Source: an uncultured Acidobacteriota bacterium (GTDB lineage: Bacteria > Acidobacteriota > UBA6911 > RPQK01 > JAPXNP01). From it: a DNA stretch of 64,000 nt. The DNA lies in assembly GCA_963777605.1 (NCBI GenBank), contig CAVZRV010000030.1, positions 64,001 to 128,000 of the forward strand, written 5' to 3'. Below, one piece after another: positions 31,737-40,261 of the stretch. Both the position numbers and the translations under genes were made by a program. The notes below the pieces were generated by a model. That model had not been told where the DNA came from, did not search any database, and saw only the letters and a program-made list of their open reading frames with translations. Numbering within the stretch: the stretch's first letter is position 1; each line of letters begins with the position of its first letter.

Positions 31737-32090
31737 ATGTGGCCTTTTCGTTCTCTCAGTGATTCGCCTATAGTCCGCCAGTTGAGCGCAATCGAGGCCA
31801 AGGAACGACTCGTGGGCGGCGACGTCCAACTGGTAGACGTGCGCGAGCCGTTCGAATTCCAGTATTGCCGGATTGACGGTGCTCTTCACATTCCTCTCAG
31901 GAAGATCCTTGTCGGCAACGTGACCGGGTTGGCGCAGGACCGTGATGTTATCTGTTATTGCCATCACGGGGCGCGCAGCCAGCATGCCGCCCAGGCGCTC
32001 CTGCGAAGTGGCTTCAAGCAGGTATTCAACCTTCGCGGAGGGATCCACGCGTGGGCATTGCAGGTGGATCCCGACGTTCCAACCTACTAA
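31737..32090 (+). CDS. Single-domain rhodanese-like sulfurtransferase
   Basis: LVDVREP, CYCHHGARS, NLRGGIHAW and VDPDVPTY; resembles the MoeB-associated rhodanese domain. Confidence 0.9.
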   Translation: MWPFRSLSDSPIVRQLSAIEAKERLVGGDVQLVDVREPFEFQYCRIDGALHIPLRKILVGNVTGLAQDRDVICYCHHGARSQHAAQALLRSGFKQVFNLRGGIHAWALQVDPDVPTY

Positions 32091-32100
32091 GAACATCTAC

Positions 32101-32202
32101 GATTTTTGATTTTTGATTGTTCTCGGGGCCTGGCTTGCGGAAACGGAGTAACTCGGATCCACTCTTCCGCCACCGAATCACAAGTCAGCAATCGAAGATC
32201 AC
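32101..32202. repeat. Inverted arrays of degenerate 7-nt repeats
   Basis: GATTTTTGATTTTTGATT (32101-32118) faces AATCACAAGTCAGCAATCGAAGATCAC (32176-32202). Confidence 0.5.
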
Positions 32203-32217
32203 AGCTGTTTTTGGGAT

Positions 32218-32304
32218 TGTGGCAACGGAAGCTTTCGCTTCCTGACGGCGCTTGGACCGTTCTGTGTTGGGCAAAAGCGGAAGCTGCCGCTTCCCCACGC
32301 CACA
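32218..32304. repeat. Inverted doublet of REP-like palindromes
   Basis: GGAAGC-tttc-GCTTCC (32227-32242) and GGAAGC-tgcc-GCTTCC (32279-32294), flanked by TGTGGC/GCCACA. Confidence 0.6.
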
Positions 32305-32373
32305 TTGGGGTTCGCTCTATCACCAATTTAGGGATCGACTTCGAGCCTCAAACCTTGAACCGGGATACTTCAT

Positions 32374-32427
32374 ACCAGGAACCAGGAACCAGGAACCAGG
32401 AACCAGGAACCAGGAACCACGGAACCA
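32374..32427. repeat. Heptanucleotide tandem repeat (ACCAGGA)x6 plus degenerate copy
   Basis: Six perfect units at 32374-32415, followed by ACCACGGAACCA. Confidence 0.95.
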
Positions 32428-32436
32428 CCACCCCCG

Positions 32437-35151
32437 TCACTTCCTCTCTTCCTGGAGCTTGTTCAGTAGCTCTCCAAGTTTCTTCTGTTCCTCCCCGTAG
32501 GCCGCCCAGTCGCCTTGTTTCAGGTACTGCTGGCTGTTGTCGAATGCCTGGATAGCCTGTTTGACGAGATCGGACAATTCAATCGCACCCGTCGGAGGTG
32601 TTGTCGGGGGTGCGGTTTCGCGGGGGGGTGCGTTCTCGGGTCGAAAAGACTTGTCTGCTCCGAAAACCGCGGTTTCGAGGGCTTCAGCCAGAGTTTCCCC
32701 GAGGGCGACCTTGTTTTCGTAAACCACGATGACCCGGGTCAGTTCGGGGATCTCGCTCTTCTCAGCCTGGAGATAGAGGGGCTCAACATAGAGCACGGAG
32801 TGCGCAATTGGGATCACCAGCAGGTTGCCCCGGATGACCTGAGATCCCTTCTGGCTCCAAAGCGTGATCAACTGAGAAATGTCCGGGTTTTGATCGATTC
32901 GAGCCTCGATCTGCATGGGACCGTAGGTCAACTCCTGCTTGGGAAACTGGTAGAGGACCAGCTTGCCGTATTCGTCGCCGTCTGAACGGGCTGCCAGCCA
33001 GGAGATCATGTTGTTCTTGTTTCGCGGGGTGAAGGGAATCAGCAGGATGAACTCCTCCGAATTGCTCTCCGGGAGAGACATGATCACGTAGTAGCTCTCC
33101 ATCACCTGCTCGGTGCCGCGATAGATCTCGTTGGGAACTTCCCAGACGTCCTCCTGGTTGTAGAAAACCGTCGGATCGGTCATGTGGTATTGGCGGTAGA
33201 TATGCCGCTGTACGTCGAAGAAGTCGGTCGGGTAGCGGAGGTGCGACCGAAGCCCGGGCGTCATCTCCTCCAGTTTACGGAACATGCCGGGGAAGATCTT
33301 CGAGTAAACCTGGACGATCGGATCGCTGGGGTCGGAGACGTAGAAGAAGACGTCGCCGAGGTAGGCGTCGATTACGATCTTGACCGAATTGCGGATGTAG
33401 TTGAACTGGGGTGCCTCCCGACTCGGGAACGGTTCCGAGTAGGGATAACGGTTGGAGACCGTGTAGGCGTCCTGAACCCAGAAAAGCTTGCCCTCGTCGA
33501 TCACAATGTAGGGGTCCTGATCGAAATAGAGAAAAGGAGCCAGCCTCTCAACCCGGTCCTGGATGCGGCGGTGCAGGAGCACGCGGCTGTCCTTGTTGAA
33601 GTTGCCCGTGAACAGAACCTTGTAGCTCCCGAGTTCCCATGAGAAGAGCGCACGCATCAGGAGGGAATTGATCGGCAACCCGCGATCAGCCTGGTAGGTG
33701 CTAGTGGCGTTGGACTCGCCCATCGGGTAGTCGAACTCCTCCAGGTCGGTGCGAACGAAAACGGGGTAATCAGCTTTTTCTCCGAAATAGATTTCGGGGC
33801 GGTCAATCTGAATATTGATGCTCGACCGGGGCGGGATGTCTTTGATGAAGAACTCGGGAAGTCCCTCGGCGGTAACTTCGTTGACCGGGCTCATGCAGAG
33901 CCCCTGCCCGTGCGTGTACTGGAAATGCTTGTTGATCCAGTTCTGTGCGCTCTCGGAAATTCTGCTGAAATCGAGTTCCCTGACGGAAAGCATCACCTGG
34001 CGCTGTTGTCCCTGAATCGGGTAGCGGTCTACGTCAACATCCTCGAACTCGTAATAGAGACGAATCGACTGCAACTGGCTGTAGGCGTCCTTGAGCGGTC
34101 TCCAGTCCCACAGGCGAATGTTTCGGAGAGTTCCCTGGCGGTGGCTGAAATCCTGTTCGGTGATTGGCTTTCCGGTCTGGAAATCACGGATGTCGATCTG
34201 GTCCAGCTTGTAGGCGGCCAGGGTCGACTGGATGTGGTCTTGAATGTATGGAGTTTCCCGTTGAAGTTCGTTGGGGTTCACCCAGAAGGTCTGCAGAAGC
34301 GGCGGGAAGAACTGCGTCACGACGGTCAACAGGAGGTACCCGATGATGGTGAAAAGGGTTGGACGGATACTGCGGGCGGCCAGGGAGGAGAGCAGAACGA
34401 TCGCAGTCAGTACCGACGCTATGCCGAGAATGTAGTACAGCGGCAGCCACCCGTTCACATCGGTGTAGCCGGCTCCGTAGAGGACTCCTCCGGGGCTGTA
34501 CAGGATGTCGTAGCGGTGAATCCAGTAGCGAAAGCCGAGCACCACGAGGAGAGCGGCCAGGTTAATGGTCAGGTGAGTCCTGGCAATCCGGGAGAGCCTC
34601 AGGCCGTTGAGATAGCCGAGATGGCCGTGCACGAGGTACCCGGCACCTGACAGAAGCAGCCCCAACAGAAGCAGCCCGAAAAGATAGTCCGTACAGAGTT
34701 GATAGACGGGGAGGGAAAAGAGGTAAAACCCGGTGTCTTTGGAAAAGATAGGGTCGATCGCACCGCCACCGACCCGGTTGAAGAACTGGAGGAAGGTCAT
34801 CCAGTGATACTGGGCAACCAGCCCCGCGATGACTGAGGCTGCTGCGGCGACCAGAACCAGTACGGCGCGGGAACTCTTCTGGGCAACGCTGACGAATTCC
34901 TGTCTGAACCAGAACCCTTCTGTTTTCGCTTCGCGCGAGGACAGCCAGATCCCCAGCCAGAGGAGGCCGAACGCAATCAGCGCGCCGGCAGCAAAGGCGA
35001 AAAACCGGGCACTCAGAGTCAGACGGAAGACATCCCAGTAACCCAGTGATTCAAACCACAGGCCTTCGATATAGATCGTGATGCCACCCGCCAGGGCCGC
35101 CCAGATCAACAACAGGATCGCAATGAGAACGAGGTTGCGAGCTTTTTTCAT
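32437..35151 (-). CDS. UPF0182 family membrane protein
   Basis: LWFESLGY, DPIFSKDTGFYLFSLP, GAGYTDV, NIRLWD, YTHG, NYIRNSVK and GNLLVIP...LYVEPLYL. Confidence 0.93.
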   Translation of the reverse strand: MKKARNLVLIAILLLIWAALAGGITIYIEGLWFESLGYWDVFRLTLSARFFAFAAGALIAFGLLWLGIWLSSREAKTEGFWFRQEFVSVAQKSSRAVLVLVAAAASVIAGLVAQYHWMTFLQFFNRVGGGAIDPIFSKDTGFYLFSLPVYQLCTDYLFGLLLLGLLLSGAGYLVHGHLGYLNGLRLSRIARTHLTINLAALLVVLGFRYWIHRYDILYSPGGVLYGAGYTDVNGWLPLYYILGIASVLTAIVLLSSLAARSIRPTLFTIIGYLLLTVVTQFFPPLLQTFWVNPNELQRETPYIQDHIQSTLAAYKLDQIDIRDFQTGKPITEQDFSHRQGTLRNIRLWDWRPLKDAYSQLQSIRLYYEFEDVDVDRYPIQGQQRQVMLSVRELDFSRISESAQNWINKHFQYTHGQGLCMSPVNEVTAEGLPEFFIKDIPPRSSINIQIDRPEIYFGEKADYPVFVRTDLEEFDYPMGESNATSTYQADRGLPINSLLMRALFSWELGSYKVLFTGNFNKDSRVLLHRRIQDRVERLAPFLYFDQDPYIVIDEGKLFWVQDAYTVSNRYPYSEPFPSREAPQFNYIRNSVKIVIDAYLGDVFFYVSDPSDPIVQVYSKIFPGMFRKLEEMTPGLRSHLRYPTDFFDVQRHIYRQYHMTDPTVFYNQEDVWEVPNEIYRGTEQVMESYYVIMSLPESNSEEFILLIPFTPRNKNNMISWLAARSDGDEYGKLVLYQFPKQELTYGPMQIEARIDQNPDISQLITLWSQKGSQVIRGNLLVIPIAHSVLYVEPLYLQAEKSEIPELTRVIVVYENKVALGETLAEALETAVFGADKSFRPENAPPRETAPPTTPPTGAIELSDLVKQAIQAFDNSQQYLKQGDWAAYGEEQKKLGELLNKLQEERK

Positions 35152-35324
35152 GATTGTTTTCAGTACCCGATTCTCGACTTTCCTGGCCTGATTGTCGAGT
35201 TGAGGGATGGAATCCGAGGTGTCAACGCCCGCGTAAAGATATAATCATCATGCCGGGCGCCGGCATCGATACTGCGAAATCCGGACCATCGTTCCGGGGT
35301 TTCTGAATTCGGGTCAGGGTTGGT

Positions 35325-36927
35325 TTGGTGAGGAAATTTATTCTCTTAGTGATTGCTGTTCTTGCTGCCGCCGGGAGCGTAGTGGCCTCCCGTCAGGACG
35401 ATCGGCTCAAAGACGAAGAAGCGCTCAGCTACTATCGCAAGTGGCTCGACGAAGACGTCACCTACATCATCACCGAGGAAGAACGCGCCGTCTTCAACAA
35501 GCTTTCCACGCCCGAGGAGAAGGAGCAGTTCATCGAGCAGTTCTGGTTCCGGCGTGATCCGGATCCGCGCACTGCGGTGAACGAATTCAAGGAAGAACAC
35601 TACCGCCGGGTCGCGTACGCCAACGAACACTTCCATTCTGGTCTGCCGGGCTGGATGACCGACCGCGGACGCATCTACATCATTCACGGTCCTCCCAACG
35701 AAATCGAGTCCCACGCCTCCGGGGGCAACTACAACCGGAAGTCGTACGAGGGCGGCGGGAGCACCTCGACCTACCCGTTCGAGGTCTGGAGATATCGGCA
35801 TATCGAAGGCATCGGGGACGACGTGGAACTGGAATTCGTCGATCCCAGCCTGACCGGGGAGTACCGTCTCGCCCTCAACCCCGAGGAGAAGGATGCGCTT
35901 CTGTACGTTCCGGGAGGCGGCCCAACGATGGCCGAGGAACTGGGGTTGGCAACCAAGGCGGACCGCCCCTGGTTCTCTCCCGGCAACCGTGAGCACTATC
36001 CGCTGATGCCGCAACGGGCGAAGGACAACCCGTTCACCCGCTACGAGACCTACTCGCTGGTTCAGCGACCTGCAGAAATCAAGTACCAGGACCTGAAGGA
36101 AATCGTCCAGGTGAACCTGGCCTACGATTCGCTTGCCGTTTGTCTCCCGAGAGGACTACTTCAGGTTGTCGAAGAGCGAGTTGCTGGTACCGGTCACGTT
36201 TCAGATCCGGAACCGGGACCTGAGTTTTGCCCGGGAGAACTCCGGCCAGGTGGCGCGGGTAGCGGTCTACGGAATCGTCACCAGTATCACCAATCGTGTC
36301 GTGACCGAGTTTGAGGACGACCTCGTGGTCTCGTATCCGGATGATCGATTTCAGGAAGGACTTCTGCGGGATTCCGCTTACCAGAAGGTCGTCCTTCTCG
36401 ACCCGCGCCTGCGTTACAAGCTTGACCTGGTGGTCAAGGACAAGAACAGCCAGAAGGTTGGTGTCGTCCGAAAGGCCTTGATGCCTCCCGCGTTTCCTGA
36501 CGATCGACTCGTGGCCAGCCGGTTGATACTGGCCGATGAAGTGCGCCTCCTCGAGGGTATGCCCAGTCGGGACGAGATGTTCGTGTTGGGGGACGTCAAG
36601 GTGAGGCCCAGCCTTCGCGCCCGGTTCGAGTCCGACAAACCGCTCGGGTTCTACTGCCAGCTCTACAATGTCGCCCTCGACCAGACCTCGATGGCGCCCT
36701 CGCTGGACGTCTCGTACCGCCTGCTGCAGGATGGTTCGGTGGTCCGGGAAGCCCATGACGACCAGGGGTCGTCGATCCAGTATTTCTCCGCAGACCGGGT
36801 TGTCCTGGTCGGGCGGCTCAAGCTGCAAGGCCTGAGTCCCGGGAAGTACCAGGTCCAGGTCACCGTTCAGGACAAGCTGACCGGACAGTCCGTGGCTCTC
36901 AGCGAAAACCTGGAAATTACACCGTAG
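35325..36927 (+). pseudogene. GWxTD domain-containing exported protein, one +1 frameshift as assembled
   Basis: KWLDEDVTYII, FW..RDPDP.T..NE and GWMTDRGRIYI. The C-terminal half continues in another frame from about 36133 (LPFVSREDYF). Confidence 0.85.
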
Positions 36928-36972
36928 GGTCCATTCAGGGTTCCCTCGGTGCCAACCACGGATGAGGGTGTC

Positions 36973-37449
36973 CTACCTTCTCTCGCCGAAGAACTGCTGC
37001 AGGAGGCTTCTGGCTTCTTCGGAACAAACGCCACTGACGACCTCGACGGTGTGATTGAACCGTCCCGGGCTGAGGACTTCGAGCTTGGACACGACCCCGC
37101 CTCCTTTTTCATCCGGCGTCCCGAAGACGAGCCGCGAGAGCCGGGCCCAGATCAGGGAGCCGGCACACATGGGACAGGGTTCGACCGTGACGAACAGATC
37201 CACGCCGTTGAGCCGGTAGTTTCCGAGGACTCGACCCGCAGCCCGCAGGACGAGGATTTCAGCATGAGCCGTTGGGTCAGAGAGTTGCACGCTGCGGTTG
37301 TGGTCCCGGGCCAGTATCTCGCCGTTCCGGACCGCGACTGCACCCACCGGGACCTCGTGCTCGGCAGCCGCCAGCCTGGCCTCCTCCAGCGCCAGTTGCA
37401 TCCAGTCGGCATCTGCGGTTTGACCGAGTTCCTCAGGCAAGATCGTCAT
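36973..37449 (-). CDS. tadA: tRNA adenosine(34) deaminase
   Basis: WMQLALEEA, EVPVGAV, DPTAHAE, NYRL and EPCPMCAG. Confidence 0.95.
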   Translation of the reverse strand: MTILPEELGQTADADWMQLALEEARLAAAEHEVPVGAVAVRNGEILARDHNRSVQLSDPTAHAEILVLRAAGRVLGNYRLNGVDLFVTVEPCPMCAGSLIWARLSRLVFGTPDEKGGGVVSKLEVLSPGRFNHTVEVVSGVCSEEARSLLQQFFGERR

Positions 37450-37687
37450 AGACAATGTTCCCTCCCTGTTCGCGCAACATGCGGCAGATTGGGCAGTCAT
37501 CTTCGAAGAGCTCGCGCGGGTCGAACTCTCGAATTCGTCGCCCGATCTCCTCATGCGACGGATGATCGAGGTGAACGAGGTTGAAGTTACCCACTCTGCT
37601 GATGACGGCATGGTCGCCGAACATCCGTTTCAGTTCTGCTTCGGTCTCCGGTTCACAATCGCTCAAGAATGACCAGGAATTGGGCAT
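37433..37687 (-). CDS. Hypothetical 84-aa protein with CxxC motif
   Basis: Strong SD AAGGAGG before the ATG; overlaps the tadA start by 17 nt; contains DDCPIC. Confidence 0.7.
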   Translation of the reverse strand: MPNSWSFLSDCEPETEAELKRMFGDHAVISRVGNFNLVHLDHPSHEEIGRRIREFDPRELFEDDCPICRMLREQGGNIVYDDLA

Positions 37688-37786
37688 TGATGCCTCCTTT
37701 CTGATCACTAATAACGATCGAGTCGGAAAATCTACCGGTTAACCTCCTGCACCCTCCGCTACGGGTATTCTGCGGACCGGCCTGAA

Positions 37787-39186
37787 TCAGTCGAGGAGGC
37801 GCTCGGGCATGTCGGCGAGGATGTAGGCGTAGACCGCCATCGCTGCCAGGTTTGCCCGCAGGTCCTGGGGTGAGATCTTGTCCACCGTGTCGGCATCGCT
37901 GTGATGCCAGTCGAAATAGTGCTCGCCGATGGTGCGCAGACCGAGGCCCGGGACACCGGATCGCATCAGTGGGCTGATGTCTCCTCCTCCGCCGCCTTTC
38001 GAAACCTGATCGGCACCGATCGGTTTCAGAAAAAGAGCGATCTGGCGAAGACGATCCAACGCACGCTCGATAGGTCTCGTCGCTTCCGTCGACGATGCCA
38101 AGACCGAAACCGACCGGACGCTCCGCCCCGGCGTCCATCTCGATGGCGGCAACGTGGGTGGCGTCCTGCTCTTTCGCCCACGCACCATAGGCACGACCAC
38201 CGTCGAGCCCGTTCTCCTCGTTGGTGAAAAGGACCACCCGGAGGGTTCGACGGGGGCGAAGTCCAAGGTCGAGCAGGAGCCGGGCAGCCTGCATGCTGAC
38301 CACCACGCCACCTCCGTCGTCGTGAGCACCCTGACCCACATCCCAGGAGTCGATGTGTCCTCCGATGACTACGACTTCGTTGGGAAGGCTCCATCCGACG
38401 ATTTCGCCGACCACATCCGCCGAGGGAGCGGGCGGGAAGCTCTTTGCCTCCATGTGGAGTTCGACCTCCACTTTTCCGACTTCACGGGTCAGGCGCTGAA
38501 GCAGTTCCGCGTCCTCGATCGAGATGGCCGCCGTGGGGATCTTAGGGGTGTCGTCGTGGTAGCGCATCGCGCCCGTGTGAGGAGACTGGAGGCTCACGGG
38601 GGTTGCCGATCGCACCAGTGCGGCGACAGCTCCGAGTTCGGCGGCTTTCGACGGCGCCGTCGGTTCGGTAGGCAACGGTCCGGCCATACCCTTCCCAGGG
38701 TTCGTTGTAAACGACAATTTTGCCTTCGACTTCGGCCCGTCCCCTGGCGGCGAGTTCGTCGAAGTTGCTAACCACGACAACCGGTGCCCGCACCCCTTCG
38801 GGAGGAGTCCCCACACTTCCACCCAGTCCGGTCATGTGCAGCGCCAGGTTGCGCGGAGTGACGATTCGAGCCGATTCCCGGCCTCGGACCCAGTGTGCGA
38901 CATGGGTCGGGAGGAGATGCACATTGGAAAGCCCGTCTCTCTTCATCTCGTCGGCTGCCCACCGAATGGCCTCGTCGAGCTGAGGGGACCCGCTGACACG
39001 GTTTCCGATTCGGTCACAAAGGTAGCCCAGCTTTCTCCATGCCCCTTCATCCTTCATAGCGGCCTGAATGATGCGGGCCGCCGTGTCCGGGTATGCCTGT
39101 TCGATGGGAGTAGGATCGCGAGCGACGGCGCCTGCGGCCGTCAGCGCCGCCAGCAGGAGCAAGGGCCAGTGGGTATGCTTTTTCAT
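37787..39186 (-). pseudogene. Carboxypeptidase Q-like M28 peptidase, two +1 frameshifts as assembled
   Basis: LCDRIGNRVSGS and YGRTVAYR; then SPHTG, GGHIDSWDVGQGAHDDGGG and TNEENG; then YFDWHHSDADTVDK. Breaks near 38647 and 38070. Confidence 0.85.
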
Positions 39187-39237
39187 GATTTTCTGGTCAT
39201 TGAGAATACACCAATGAACGGTTCCATCCCGCGAGGC

Positions 39238-40260
39238 TCAGCTCCTGGGCCACTGGGCGAGTGGGGCGGTCGACTTCACCAGGTGGACTCCGGCATTCCT
39301 GAACTCCTCAAAAGCCCGGTCGGCATCTGCCGTGAAATCAGGCCCCCCGGGGACGACCACGGGAGAGGTGCAGTCTTCCAGGAGGTAGAGCCGACCGGCG
39401 ATGTCCCCGCTATCGGGATCGTTGAGCAGGTCCCTGACCGTCCATGCGACACAGTGGCTTTTGGCCTGACCAGCTACGATCACGCGGTCGAATCCGGCGA
39501 GAGATTCAACCAGTTCCCGATTGCGGGAGCCGATCGATTGGCCGTCGGCCGAGCGATCGACCTCGGGCCCCAGGACCGAGTAGTGTTCGGTCAGTGGGTT
39601 GCTTCCTTTGATCTCGAACCGGGCGGGGCTGAAGCGGCACTGCTCGTGAAAGAAGACGGCCTGTTCCACGGATGAGACCAGGGCGTGGCCGATACCGCCG
39701 AGCATCGAGTGGTAGGGCCATATGATCCAGTCGAGTCGCGACGACTGGCGGAGCGTGCGGGCGTAGTGGAGACAGTGGCGGTTCAAATCGTCCAGGCTTC
39801 GACCGAGCGCCCACGCGGCCTCGGGATTGATCGACCAGCGGCCGCTTTCGATCTCTTCGACGGTGATTCGTGTATTCGGTTCGGGATGAAGACCGTTCGA
39901 GTCGATGAGAAAGACGGGGTGGAAAATCTGGAAGCTTTGATGGGTATCCAGGGTTGGAACCACCTGAGTGATCGAAGCAAGGTTGCGGTAGATGAACCGG
40001 CACAGGCGAATGTTGTCGTCAACGGCGCCGCGACCGTTGTTCCCCGCGACGAAGAGTTCGAAATCGGGGATACAGAAAGTGTTTTGGACGTCTACCAAGA
40101 GCAGGCATGTTCTGTGCGAATCCTCGGACGCTGGGCGAACGTCATGCTGTTTCCTCCACTCAGCGGCCAGTTGTGCGGTCTCCTGGTAGTCTGTTTTCCA
40201 GACTTTACCGACGAGGTCTTCGTCGAACAGTGCCGGGGTCGGTAACTCTTTCCGTGGCAT
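39238..40260 (-). CDS. Isochorismatase/nicotinamidase-like cysteine hydrolase
   Basis: LVDVQNTFC, LDTH, WPYH, KG and GQAKSHCV (Asp-Lys-Cys triad). Confidence 0.85.
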   Translation of the reverse strand: MPRKELPTPALFDEDLVGKVWKTDYQETAQLAAEWRKQHDVRPASEDSHRTCLLLVDVQNTFCIPDFELFVAGNNGRGAVDDNIRLCRFIYRNLASITQVVPTLDTHQSFQIFHPVFLIDSNGLHPEPNTRITVEEIESGRWSINPEAAWALGRSLDDLNRHCLHYARTLRQSSRLDWIIWPYHSMLGGIGHALVSSVEQAVFFHEQCRFSPARFEIKGSNPLTEHYSVLGPEVDRSADGQSIGSRNRELVESLAGFDRVIVAGQAKSHCVAWTVRDLLNDPDSGDIAGRLYLLEDCTSPVVVPGGPDFTADADRAFEEFRNAGVHLVKSTAPLAQWPRS

Positions 40261-40261
40261 A

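Noticed and set aside
32374-32427. CRISPR array or coding QEPGTRN repeat (ORF 32106-32555)
   Set aside because: It is a 7-nt tandem repeat without spacers or cas genes; the ORF overlaps UPF0182 antisense and has no other support.
36100-36160. Programmed ribosomal frameshift in the GWxTD gene
   Set aside because: No slippery sequence is evident, and it shows the same +1 pattern as four other breaks, so an error is more likely.
39238-40260. NAD-related anti-phage or conflict system around the nicotinamidase-like gene
   Set aside because: No SIR2, TIR, NUDIX, PRTase or vWA partners are adjacent; the neighbours are unrelated.
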